Source: an uncultured bacterium (GTDB lineage: Bacteria > Babelota > Babeliae > Babelales > RVW-14). Taken from it: a stretch of 64,000 bases of DNA. The position numbers and the translations under genes are program-made. The notes beneath the pieces were generated by a model. The model made no database searches and had not been told where the DNA came from. It saw only the letters and a program-made list of their open reading frames with translations. Within the stretch, counting starts at the first letter, position 1; every line of letters starts with the position of its first letter. The stretch is from positions 128,001 to 192,000 of the forward strand of contig CAVXAT010000002.1 in assembly GCA_963759805.1 (NCBI GenBank). Reading direction: 5' to 3'. Below, in pieces: positions 27,818-37,206 of this stretch.

Positions 27818-29011
27818 ATGATGGATTACTTTCAAAAAAAGTTGAAACTTTCCAGAAATGTCATTGTAATGGGATTTGTAAGCTTCTTCAATGACACGGC
27901 TTCAGAGATGATATACCCATTAATACCAACATTTTTAACGGTATGGCTGCACGCTCCCGTTTATATAATGGGTTTCATTGTTGGATTGTCTGAGTCAATT
28001 TCAAATATATGTAAAGTTTTTTCCGGCTGGTATTCAGACAAATTAAACACACGTAAACCATTTGTTGTGTTTGGGTACTCATTATCTGCCGTCTCCAAAG
28101 CCATGATTGGGCTAGCATACAGTTGGCCAATGGCAATGGCTGCCAGAGTCGCAGACAGATTAGGGAAAGGGATAAGAGTTTCGGCACGTGATGCCTTAAT
28201 AGCTGATTACACAGAGCCAAAATACCGCGGCCGAGCTTTTGGGTTGCACAGGGGTTTTGATAGCGCAGGCGCAGCCATTGGACCACTCATAGCAATAGTA
28301 TTGCTTTCAGTTTTAAATAATAACCTGCGTGCAATATTTTTATTAAGCCTTATCCCATCAATTATTGGTGTCTTTCTTTTAATGTTTTTAACTGATGGGC
28401 GAAAGCCGGGGCAGATAGAGTCGCTTGACGCACCACACGAAAAGATTGCACTAGTAAACATATCCCCAACATTTAATAAATTTTTGTTAATATCAGTACT
28501 TTTCAATATAGGAAATAGCTCAGATCTATTTTTGATTTTAAGATCACAAAGTCTTGCGCTTTCGCTCACATTAACAATGTCGGCTTACATTCTTTATAAC
28601 CTGACCCACTCACTATTTGCACTTCCGATTGGCATTCTTTCAGACAAAATCGGTACAGAAAAAATTTTAATTTCAGGGTTTCTAACATTTGCCATATCAT
28701 TTGCACTAAGCGGATTCATCACGGATGGAGCGTGGATGTGGCTTGTATTTGTTCTTTATGGGCTTTATCTGGCGCAAACCGAGAGCATAATCAAAGCGCA
28801 CATTGCCAACATTGTTCCCCCAAAAATGTTTGGAACAGCATTTGGACTGTATCAAACGGTAGTCGGCATCTGCACGTTTTTTGCATCATTCATCGCAGGT
28901 CTTTTATGGACATACGTCAGCAGCACGGCACCATTCCTGTTTGGAAGCGTGATGGCAATTATCGCAACAATTTTGTTTGCTTGGGACAGAACAAAGAAAT
29001 TTCGATCGTAA
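27818..29011 (+). CDS. MFS transporter
   Basis: About 12 TM helices; SGWYSDKL, DRLGKGIR..ARDALIA, RGRAFGLHR..D..GA..GP, GILSDKIG. Confidence 0.92.
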   Translation: MMDYFQKKLKLSRNVIVMGFVSFFNDTASEMIYPLIPTFLTVWLHAPVYIMGFIVGLSESISNICKVFSGWYSDKLNTRKPFVVFGYSLSAVSKAMIGLAYSWPMAMAARVADRLGKGIRVSARDALIADYTEPKYRGRAFGLHRGFDSAGAAIGPLIAIVLLSVLNNNLRAIFLLSLIPSIIGVFLLMFLTDGRKPGQIESLDAPHEKIALVNISPTFNKFLLISVLFNIGNSSDLFLILRSQSLALSLTLTMSAYILYNLTHSLFALPIGILSDKIGTEKILISGFLTFAISFALSGFITDGAWMWLVFVLYGLYLAQTESIIKAHIANIVPPKMFGTAFGLYQTVVGICTFFASFIAGLLWTYVSSTAPFLFGSVMAIIATILFAWDRTKKFRS

Positions 29012-29023
29012 TTAATTCAAAAC

Positions 29024-29062
29024 AAAAAGAGAGTCAAGCACCGCTGCCCAACTCTCTTTTTT
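29024..29062. terminator. probable bidirectional terminator
   Basis: aaaaagagagt...actctcttttt between the convergent MFS and nrdD genes. Confidence 0.6.
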
Positions 29063-29087
29063 TAATTCTTTTTTATTCAAAAAAATC

Positions 29088-31004
29088 TTATAAACCTTGT
29101 TGTTCTACATCCGAATTTGTTAATTTGGACAATTCACCATTAGTTTTAAAAACTCTTTGCTTATGCTCTTTTTGACGATGCTTGGTCCAAGCTGAAACCG
29201 GTGTGAAGTACCCAATAATTCTGGTTAAATAATCAACAATCTGATCACCACAAACAGGACAATTCTTAACTTGTCCTGCTATTGTAACGTGGCTATTTTT
29301 GCAGCGACAAAAATTATAGTTAACCGCAAAGTGCTCGCATCCGCACTCGATTGCATACTTTACTAAACGTTCCATCTGTGATGTATGGGTAAGCTTTTCT
29401 CCTATATTCAAGTGTGAAATTCCGCCGCCGGTCAATGCACGTGAAAACTCTCCATCAAGTTTTACGCGCTCTGAGATATCACAATCAACCCAAAGTGGAA
29501 TAAACTGATTCGCATACAATGGATAATCCATGCCGTAAAGCAATCTGTCCTTTGCTGCAAATTTTACAGCCAAGCTTTCTGCCGGAACCTGCTCGATATT
29601 AAATGGATTCCCAGTCTCTTTGCTTGCCTTATGCGAGTAGTCCTTAATAAATTTTAAAATTTTGTGAGCTAATGCTTTGCCCTGCGCTGAAAGCATGGTA
29701 AAGCCCATCTCATTGACACACTCATAAACCCCATTTAATCCAAATGTACTAAACATACGGGCTTCATGCATAATTCCATAATTAAAGAATGGTAAAAATC
29801 CGGCTGCAATATTTGCTTTTAAGAGTTTACGATGCGCACTCAGTAACATTTTTGCGTCATCAAGATTTTTTTGCAAAAGCTTAAACAGAACCTCTTCTGA
29901 TTTTCTAGATAAACGGCCAATACGTGCAAGATTTAAGGTAACAACTCTGTGTGACCCAAGAGACACGCCTCCATTACCAAAACTGTCAACGCCTGCTAAA
30001 TCCAAGTCATTGACCAATCTACAACAGCTTGCAATTTTATTGCCCGAAGAGATATAAATATTGAAACAGCCCTTTTCAAGATTGATATTGGAAAAATATT
30101 CAAATGATTTTTGATCAACAATTTGTTGATTCTCATCAATGCGAATATTCAATGTAACAACCGGAAAGCGGTAAGGCAGCCCTGTTTTGGGATCGCCGCA
30201 TTTAAACCAATCACAAAAAATGTGCTGCACCTCTGCAATCAGATCAATATCAGGTTTGGAACCGTCCGGGTAACAGACATCGGCAAATAGATGCTCAAGA
30301 TTTGGTTTGTCAAAAATTGAAAGGTTTGTAAATGGGGACTGAAATGATGGACGTAATTTCTTATTCAAAGTGTGAACCAAAGATTGAAAATCATTTTCAA
30401 CAGCTTTTCGATCTTCCTCCTTTGATAAATCCAAATTCTCTTTTTTAACAAAATATGAGTAGTTTACAAAAAAATCTCCAATCGCTATCGCGCCACCGGC
30501 CTGCTGAGCCAACTCAATTGTCACCTCTTTGACTTGGTCAATAAACGAACGGCAATGCTTTGCAGGCAGTGAATGCAACTGCCCCCATCGACTACCTTCA
30601 AATAGAATAAATGATGTTGAGTACGCCCAACAGTAAGGAACCATGATGGAAGTACTGTCGTGAAAATAAAGATCACCATACCAGATGGAGGTCATCAGAT
30701 CTGCTGCACGACCCAAGCCAACCTCTTTGACCAAAATATTGTACAACTCATAATAACCAATAAGCTTGTACCAACTTTTTGCGATTTCGCTTAAATAGTT
30801 TCCGTACGCTTTGGATTCACTTACATTTGCATTATCATCAATTGACATCTCTGCAGTATGTTTACTCATGTACATCTGTGCCATATTTGGAATATCAAGT
30901 TGATGCGGCGCAATTCCTTCGACATCTAAAATGGCTTCGGACATCTGATTATAAACATCTATAAATTCCTTAGAAAAGGTTACTGGCAATTTTGACAGAT
31001 CCAT
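29088..31004 (-). CDS. nrdD: anaerobic (class III) ribonucleoside-triphosphate reductase, no ATP-cone
   Basis: YFHD, QSPFTNLSIFD, SCCRL, PAES, CxxxH..CPVCG, RIIGYF glycyl-radical loop; ATG 31004 follows an aggtgg RBS. Confidence 0.92.
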   Translation of the reverse strand: MDLSKLPVTFSKEFIDVYNQMSEAILDVEGIAPHQLDIPNMAQMYMSKHTAEMSIDDNANVSESKAYGNYLSEIAKSWYKLIGYYELYNILVKEVGLGRAADLMTSIWYGDLYFHDSTSIMVPYCWAYSTSFILFEGSRWGQLHSLPAKHCRSFIDQVKEVTIELAQQAGGAIAIGDFFVNYSYFVKKENLDLSKEEDRKAVENDFQSLVHTLNKKLRPSFQSPFTNLSIFDKPNLEHLFADVCYPDGSKPDIDLIAEVQHIFCDWFKCGDPKTGLPYRFPVVTLNIRIDENQQIVDQKSFEYFSNINLEKGCFNIYISSGNKIASCCRLVNDLDLAGVDSFGNGGVSLGSHRVVTLNLARIGRLSRKSEEVLFKLLQKNLDDAKMLLSAHRKLLKANIAAGFLPFFNYGIMHEARMFSTFGLNGVYECVNEMGFTMLSAQGKALAHKILKFIKDYSHKASKETGNPFNIEQVPAESLAVKFAAKDRLLYGMDYPLYANQFIPLWVDCDISERVKLDGEFSRALTGGGISHLNIGEKLTHTSQMERLVKYAIECGCEHFAVNYNFCRCKNSHVTIAGQVKNCPVCGDQIVDYLTRIIGYFTPVSAWTKHRQKEHKQRVFKTNGELSKLTNSDVEQQGL

Positions 31005-31438
31005 GATCCACCTACTTTCTTTAAATATCTTTGATTTTTTGACGCAGGAAAACCTTTTACAAAAAGATCTTGCCTGAAAGGTCCACACACAATCATATCG
31101 ATATTATCGATCAATTCCTGTGGTAGATCCTCAAATTCTCTTCCCGTGTAAAGAGCCTTGTAAAGTAAAATCTTTTTGCAAAGCTCTATTAAAAAATCCA
31201 TTTGATCCGTTGGCTCCCCTCCCAAAAAAACTACACTCTCCGCTAACAAATTACTTTTTATTTTGGACAAAACTTCATTCATTGATGTCAGAGTATCATC
31301 ATTTCGTTCCCACAAAATAGAATTTTGGCATTCTTTGCAGCGAATACTGCAACCGGAAAAATAGATAGCTACAGCAATCCTGTCCGGAACATCGATGAAG
31401 GACGTACAAGTACGAACTATGTATGCACTCCTGTCCAT
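30980..31438 (-). CDS. nrdG: class III RNR activase (radical SAM)
   Basis: GCSIRCKECQN, FLGGEP, YTG, SKNQR; overlaps nrdD. Confidence 0.9.
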   Translation of the reverse strand: MDRSAYIVRTCTSFIDVPDRIAVAIYFSGCSIRCKECQNSILWERNDDTLTSMNEVLSKIKSNLLAESVVFLGGEPTDQMDFLIELCKKILLYKALYTGREFEDLPQELIDNIDMIVCGPFRQDLFVKGFPASKNQRYLKKVGGSWICQNCQ

Positions 31439-31713
31439 AAAACCCTTTGATAATAAAAATTTCTTAAAAATTTAAATGAGCCACTACCCCAAAATTCACA
31501 CAAATTTTATTGCAATATTTTTTGAGTCACAGGTCATCTTACCAGACTCCACAGAGTAGCTCAAGCAAGATTTTTTTAAAGTTAAATTAGCTTGGTTTAT
31601 ACAGGATAAGTAGATAAATTTTATTTATGAACAGCGCGTGAATCAACGCTAAGAAAAATTAGAAAAGGAGATACAAAATGCCAGTGCCTGTTTACCCCAA
31701 AATTATCTTATTT

Positions 31714-32571
31714 TTACTTCTCCAAACCAAGCAAAAACTTACAAATTTTTTTACCTCTTGAATCATATCCAAATTTGGTAAAATTATCCAAACACTTGGG
31801 ATGTGCTATATCCGGACTTGATGTGATTGTAAAGTCAAATATTTTTAGCGGTTTGTTTAAATCAACCTTTCTAGAACCTTTTACATCAGCCGCACAAACT
31901 AAAGTTATAAGTTTAAGCAGTCTTGAATCCAGTTTCTTTTCATAATCAGCCCAAACAAGAACTTTGTAAATATTTGCAAAAAAATCATATATAGCAGGCT
32001 TGGATCTAGATAATTTATCTAAATTATTCGTTTTTTGAGGCAATTTACTCAAAAGCATGCCTAGCTGATTGTGACATCCAACAAGAATTGCGATAATTTT
32101 AATTTCATCTTCGCTCAACCCTAAATTTGCAAAAAATTCAGCAAAATCAATTGTTTTATTATGCGTTAAATAAAAAGATTTTTTACCCAGAAGATATTTT
32201 AGTCCTTCAATTTCATGCCCCGGCTTTGTATAAAAAACAAAATCTAAATCGCCGGCTTTTCCAATATCATGCAAAAGTGCTGCTAAAACAGCAAGCTCTC
32301 TATCGTGCGCACTTAATCCATTACTCCAGAATTCATGATTTTCAAACCACTGATCAACAATAAGAGCTGTCCATATCGAGTGCTGATAAAGATCGCCCGC
32401 ATGAAATCTTACATTTGTTGTCGTATATTTTTTAAAATTATCGATTAAATCCTGTAACTTATAGCTGTCGCTTGCAAAAACAGCTGGCTCAGTTTTTTGG
32501 GTATAAACAGTTATACTTACAGAATTTATTAGAAATACAGAAACTAATAATAATTTTAATAATTTTTTCAT
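31714..32571 (-). CDS. secreted HD-domain hydrolase
   Basis: H.GDLYQHS...AALLHDIGK...GHE...H...AD; signal peptide. Confidence 0.75.
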   Translation of the reverse strand: MKKLLKLLLVSVFLINSVSITVYTQKTEPAVFASDSYKLQDLIDNFKKYTTTNVRFHAGDLYQHSIWTALIVDQWFENHEFWSNGLSAHDRELAVLAALLHDIGKAGDLDFVFYTKPGHEIEGLKYLLGKKSFYLTHNKTIDFAEFFANLGLSEDEIKIIAILVGCHNQLGMLLSKLPQKTNNLDKLSRSKPAIYDFFANIYKVLVWADYEKKLDSRLLKLITLVCAADVKGSRKVDLNKPLKIFDFTITSSPDIAHPKCLDNFTKFGYDSRGKKICKFLLGLEK

Positions 32572-32581
32572 ATTAAGCCTA

Positions 32582-33835
32582 CTATTTTACCCGTCTTTGT
32601 TTAGCTGATAACTTTCTATGCTTAACTGAAGCCTTTTCATACCCCTGCTCAATTTTACCCAGCAATGTTTTTAGCTCTGTTTTATATTTCTTCAAATTTG
32701 GAGTTTCGTTACAATATTTAAAGATTTTCACACCACTTTTAGGATCAAGCATTTTTTTATTCATCAGAAGCCTAAATTGCATAGTATCCAACACATTCCC
32801 GGATAAATCACTGTCAAAAGAGTCACAATCCTTGTACGCCTCCAAATCTTTTGATGCTGGATTGTATGATATACCGCCAAATATTTTATTGAGGAGTGAT
32901 TTACCACATGGGCCATATACAAAGCCTCCAGGGGCACACCGATATGCAACCTCATCAACTAATTTTTGGGGAACAAAAATTTGAAGCAAAAGACCCGTTT
33001 TTTCCTTTTCATAATCACCAAGCAGATTATTAAGTTCCTTAATCAATTCTCGATATTGATCGAAATATTTATTCATCTTGAAAGCCTGAAACGCCTGACT
33101 CACTAAATCACACACATCCACCTCTGTTACATTGCTTGAATTAATAAAATAACAAAAGGAGCATTCCCCTCCCCAATCCAAAGCCGTATTACCAAACAAT
33201 GTTGAATTTACCGAAAGTAAATATTTTTTGACATGAGGCTGTGTGTCAAACCATACCAAATGGTTTGTTAGCTCGCCATTGTCCATATATTGCTTTATAA
33301 AGTTTTCAACCGACCCAAATTTACTAAAATCTTTATCCGGAAACCTAAGCATCACAAAATCATGTAAAATTTTTTTATAAGCAATTTTATAAAGCCCTTG
33401 ATAAATATCCTGAGGCAATGTAAATTCACGCTTTTGGCCATGATAAAAAACATAATAATCATCTTTAAATTCAATTTCCTTTTCAATGATTTCTCTGAAT
33501 AATTCCTTAAAAAAATTGGAGCCTAATTCATTTACTCTTTTGCTAAAATGCCAATTCAGATTTTCATAAAGGGTATGATTGGAAAGATATGCCAACGTCT
33601 GGGTCTGCTTTGGCTTATCAATGCTATTTTTTAAGCCCAATTTTTGATAAGCATCGTCAATTATATTCGTGACATTCAAGTCTTGGCCCGGACAATATGC
33701 AGCAAAAAGCGATGCCTGAAGAGACAATACATTCAAGTCTTGGCCCGGACAATATGCAGCAAAAAGCGATGCCTGAAGAGACAATAATATTAATGCTATA
33801 AATAAGAATCTATTTTTTAGATTTACAACCACCAT
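32582..33835 (-). CDS. secreted hypothetical protein with a 19-aa N-terminal duplication
   Basis: Long ORF with signal peptide; LSLQASLFAAYCPGQDLNV occurs twice. Confidence 0.7.
   Translation of the reverse strand: MVVVNLKNRFLFIALILLSLQASLFAAYCPGQDLNVLSLQASLFAAYCPGQDLNVTNIIDDAYQKLGLKNSIDKPKQTQTLAYLSNHTLYENLNWHFSKRVNELGSNFFKELFREIIEKEIEFKDDYYVFYHGQKREFTLPQDIYQGLYKIAYKKILHDFVMLRFPDKDFSKFGSVENFIKQYMDNGELTNHLVWFDTQPHVKKYLLSVNSTLFGNTALDWGGECSFCYFINSSNVTEVDVCDLVSQAFQAFKMNKYFDQYRELIKELNNLLGDYEKEKTGLLLQIFVPQKLVDEVAYRCAPGGFVYGPCGKSLLNKIFGGISYNPASKDLEAYKDCDSFDSDLSGNVLDTMQFRLLMNKKMLDPKSGVKIFKYCNETPNLKKYKTELKTLLGKIEQGYEKASVKHRKLSAKQRRVK
33672..33786. repeat. exact 57-bp tandem duplication
   Basis: 33672..33728 is identical to 33729..33785. 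Confidence 0.95.
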
Positions 33836-34046
33836 TTTAACCCCCATCTAAAACAATAATTTACCAACCCTACAATTTACAAACCTCCGGATACCATATA
33901 TCTAATCTATAGATTTTATAGTAGGTTTCAAACGGTAGGGGGGTAAGTGGGGGAATATGGGGCGTCAGGTCCAAGATTATTACAAATGAGAAATATTGCG
34001 TGCAAGCAATGCTTTAATCGTAAAAAACAGAATTAAAATTCATTAT

Positions 34047-34697
34047 TTAGACAAAATCAAGCAGTACGGCCCTTGAGAGCGCCGCCTCTACACCTTCAAA
34101 TTTGACGGGCAAGCAGATAAGAAAATATTCACCAGGACTTACATCGCCCAGGCGCAAACCTTCGATAATCGTAATATTAGCTTTAAAAAAAATCTTATGT
34201 GTTTCATGTTCGGGCTGGGCACGCTCAATGCCAAGATAGTCAATTCCAACCGTTTTTACTTTTTTTGACGCAAGATACTGCGCCGCCGTTTTATCAAGAT
34301 AGACAAAATTGGGCTCGAATTGGCCTTGCGCAGGAAGTTCACTATTTTTTGTTTTGAATAAAACTATGTCATTTTCCTGAATATCTAATTCTTGTAAGTC
34401 AGACGCGCTAATCTTTTCCACCCCATTTTTTTCTTTTACTTCAGTTAAATCAAAAACTTTGCAGTTACTAATCAAGTGATCAAATGGCACTTGATCAACA
34501 GTCGCGCCATCTTTGGAAAAATGCGCTGGTGCATCAATATGCGTTCCGGTATGCATATCAAGATACACATGCGTTTGCGCAACGCCATCAGTCTGAATAT
34601 CTTTTACTGCATCAAATTTTAACGCGCCCTTATTTTTATATTCGACTGTATTTTGATTTACGGGCCAGCTGATATCAATAACTTTATACTTTTTCAT
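34047..34697 (-). CDS. cyclase-family (KynB-like) metal-dependent hydrolase
   Basis: HTGTHIDAPAH, VGIDYLGIE, HETH, IIEGL, LP......AA.SRAVL. Confidence 0.9.
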   Translation of the reverse strand: MKKYKVIDISWPVNQNTVEYKNKGALKFDAVKDIQTDGVAQTHVYLDMHTGTHIDAPAHFSKDGATVDQVPFDHLISNCKVFDLTEVKEKNGVEKISASDLQELDIQENDIVLFKTKNSELPAQGQFEPNFVYLDKTAAQYLASKKVKTVGIDYLGIERAQPEHETHKIFFKANITIIEGLRLGDVSPGEYFLICLPVKFEGVEAALSRAVLLDFV

Positions 34698-34705
34698 TTC
34701 TACGC

Positions 34706-35776
34706 CTACTTTTTATTACCCGCGATATCTTTGCCAACCCTGTCCACAGCATGTCCACCAAACTGATTCCGCAGCATAGCAACAACTTTTGTCGCATAAT
34801 TTCCGCCATCTTGCCTGGAATCAGCACGAATCTGCAGTGCACGTTCAATTAGATCAACAGGAACGTTCTGCTCTTTAGCCTCGTCAAGCATCCATCGTCC
34901 TGTTTTGTTTTCGCCTATCTTCCCGGAGATTTCCGTTAAATTTTGATCATGTTCAAAAATGTTATGGGCTAGCTCTAAAATCCACGATCTTATAATCGAG
35001 CCATGATTCCATACGTCAGAAATTTTTTCAAGATCCAAGTCTTTATATTTGCCTTGTTTGAGAAGATGGAAACCTTCTGCGTAAGCCTGCAGTAATGCAT
35101 ACTCAATTCCGTTATGAATCATCTTAACATAATGACCGGCCCCGGAAGGCCCCATGTATGCATATCCCTGTGGAGCAGCAATGGCTTTAAAAATTGTCTC
35201 AAGATGCTCAAAAACTTTTTTATCTCCACCAATCATAAGAGAGAATCCAATATCTTTGCCATGTAGTCCACCGGACGTACCACAATCAACGTAATTTATT
35301 TTTTGGGATATTAAATTTTGATATCGACGAACCGTATCTTTAAAATTGCTGTTCCCGCCGTCTATAATTATATCGTCCGGCTTTAGATATGGAGTCAGTT
35401 CGTTAATAACGTTATCGACTGTATCACCCGCCGGAACCATAAGCCAAAAAATATTTACCTGCGTTACACCATTCGAAGTAAATTTTATGCCCGCATGGTT
35501 CGATACATTTTTTTTGGCCGCTCGCCCTGAGTGCCGAGCTTTGCGAGGCGTATCGAAGGGTGCGGCCTGCAAAAAACACTCACCACGAGCGGGCACGTTT
35601 GGTTCATTAACTATGCCAAGATCTTGCAGCTTTGCCACAGTTTTAACACCGACATCAGCTGCTAATCTTAAATTTTTTTCATTACTATCAAAACCCCAAA
35701 CCTCATGCCCATATTTTAAAAGTCTGTATGCAATAGCATGCCCCATCCGGCCAAGACCAATTACGCTTATTTTCAT
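34706..35776 (-). CDS. gnd: short-form decarboxylating 6-phosphogluconate dehydrogenase, with an in-frame palindromic insertion
   Basis: IGLGRMG, WLMVPAG, IDGGNS, DCGTSGG, GAGHYVKMIHNGIEY, RNQFGGH. Confidence 0.93.
   Translation of the reverse strand: MKISVIGLGRMGHAIAYRLLKYGHEVWGFDSNEKNLRLAADVGVKTVAKLQDLGIVNEPNVPARGECFLQAAPFDTPRKARHSGRAAKKNVSNHAGIKFTSNGVTQVNIFWLMVPAGDTVDNVINELTPYLKPDDIIIDGGNSNFKDTVRRYQNLISQKINYVDCGTSGGLHGKDIGFSLMIGGDKKVFEHLETIFKAIAAPQGYAYMGPSGAGHYVKMIHNGIEYALLQAYAEGFHLLKQGKYKDLDLEKISDVWNHGSIIRSWILELAHNIFEHDQNLTEISGKIGENKTGRWMLDEAKEQNVPVDLIERALQIRADSRQDGGNYATKVVAMLRNQFGGHAVDRVGKDIAGNKK
35488..35595. repeat. nested A-in-A palindromic element in gnd
   Basis: tgcccgc...gcgggca termini (108 bp). 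The outer element atggttcgataca...cactcaccacgagcg encloses an oppositely oriented inner element ggccgctcgccctgagtg...gtatcgaagggtgcggcc (35516..35567). Confidence 0.88.
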
Positions 35777-35793
35777 AGAAAACCCTATTTTAA

Positions 35794-37206
35794 TTAAACT
35801 TTGAACAAATCTTTTTGCTCTACTGGTCCATCACTAGATTTTTTATAAATATATATTTTGGCTTTATCAGTTTTGATCTGCTTTAAAATTTTCCATGACA
35901 ACTCTACCTCATCTGATCGAACAAAGGCTGACTGATCGCCTTTTATAACATCAGTCAACAAAACTTGATACGCTTCAGGCGTGTTAGGACCAAATAAACA
36001 ACTGTGGCAAAAATCCATTGAAACAGGCATAACCTCATTTGCAACCCCGGGAACTTTTACATTCAGTCCAAGATAAAAACCTTCGTCCGGATGTATTTTG
36101 ATTTTTAGAGAATTTGACTGGCTTGGACAAAAATCTAATAAACATTCAACACGCTTAAAGGTTATTTCAACAAACGACTCTTGTTTATTAAGATACTTGC
36201 CGGTTTTTAAATAAAATGGAACACCGTCCCAACGTTTGTTATTAACTTTTAGTCGCAACGCAACAAATGTATCGGTCTTTGAATTTGGCTTCACATTTTT
36301 TTCTTGTGTATAACCTTCATACTGTCCAAGAACTGCCTTTTCAACCTCAACTCTTTTTAAAACATTTGCCTTTGCATCTCGGATGAAATCCGCCGTTAAT
36401 TTTTTGGGAGCCTCCATGGCAATAAGAGCTAAAATCTGTAACATGTGGCTCTGAACCATATCTTTAAGAGCACCATAATTATCATAAAAAGCCCCTCGAG
36501 TTTCTACTCCCATCTCTTCAGATATGTTAATTGAAACAGACTCGATATGTTGATTATTCCATAATGGCTCAAAAACCCGATTCGTGAAACGAATTAGGGC
36601 AATATTTCCAACAAGTTCTTTGCCGAGATAATGGTCTATTCTATAAATCTGCCGTTCATCAAAAATTTGAGTTATATACTTGTTGATATTTTTAGCCGAA
36701 GTTAAATCAAAGCCAAACGGCTTTTCATAAACAAGTTTGGCCCACGGGGCACTGCTTGATAAAAAATCAGATGATTTAATCTTTTTCTTATCTGGAACTA
36801 TGCGGTGATTTGCAAAATTTCTTGATATAACTTCAAAATGGTTAGGCATGGTTGCGAAATAAAAAATTCGATTACCAACCAGGCTATTTTTCTTTTCAAT
36901 ATCTTTGAGTAAATTGCTAAGTTGCACATACGCCGCGCTGTCATTAAAATCCATCTGAAAGTAAGCTGTCTTTTTCTGAATATCATTTAATAAATTTGAG
37001 TCAATCGCACCAAGAAACGGCCTGCTTTGATCGAAAATTTGTGCAACGGTTGTCTTTGCATTTGAAACCAAAACAATTGCAAATTTACAAATCTTATCTT
37101 CTGCAACAAGCTTACAGATAGCCGGAATCAATTTTCGTTTAGTTAAATCTCCTGTTCCCCCAAGAATTACAAACAAACTTTCATCAAAACATGTCACTTT
37201 CTTCAT
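35794..37206 (-). CDS. zwf: glucose-6-phosphate 1-dehydrogenase
   Basis: GGTGDLTKRKL, EKPFG, RIDHYLGKE, DMVQSHMLQ, RWDGVPFYLKTGK. Confidence 0.96.
   Translation of the reverse strand: MKKVTCFDESLFVILGGTGDLTKRKLIPAICKLVAEDKICKFAIVLVSNAKTTVAQIFDQSRPFLGAIDSNLLNDIQKKTAYFQMDFNDSAAYVQLSNLLKDIEKKNSLVGNRIFYFATMPNHFEVISRNFANHRIVPDKKKIKSSDFLSSSAPWAKLVYEKPFGFDLTSAKNINKYITQIFDERQIYRIDHYLGKELVGNIALIRFTNRVFEPLWNNQHIESVSINISEEMGVETRGAFYDNYGALKDMVQSHMLQILALIAMEAPKKLTADFIRDAKANVLKRVEVEKAVLGQYEGYTQEKNVKPNSKTDTFVALRLKVNNKRWDGVPFYLKTGKYLNKQESFVEITFKRVECLLDFCPSQSNSLKIKIHPDEGFYLGLNVKVPGVANEVMPVSMDFCHSCLFGPNTPEAYQVLLTDVIKGDQSAFVRSDEVELSWKILKQIKTDKAKIYIYKKSSDGPVEQKDLFKV

Noticed and set aside
31440..31700. NrdR boxes or a riboswitch upstream of nrdG
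   Set aside because: No convincing match to the consensus.
33934..33962. G-run cluster (possible G-quadruplex); also about 45847..45861
   Set aside because: Only three long G tracts and no supporting evidence.
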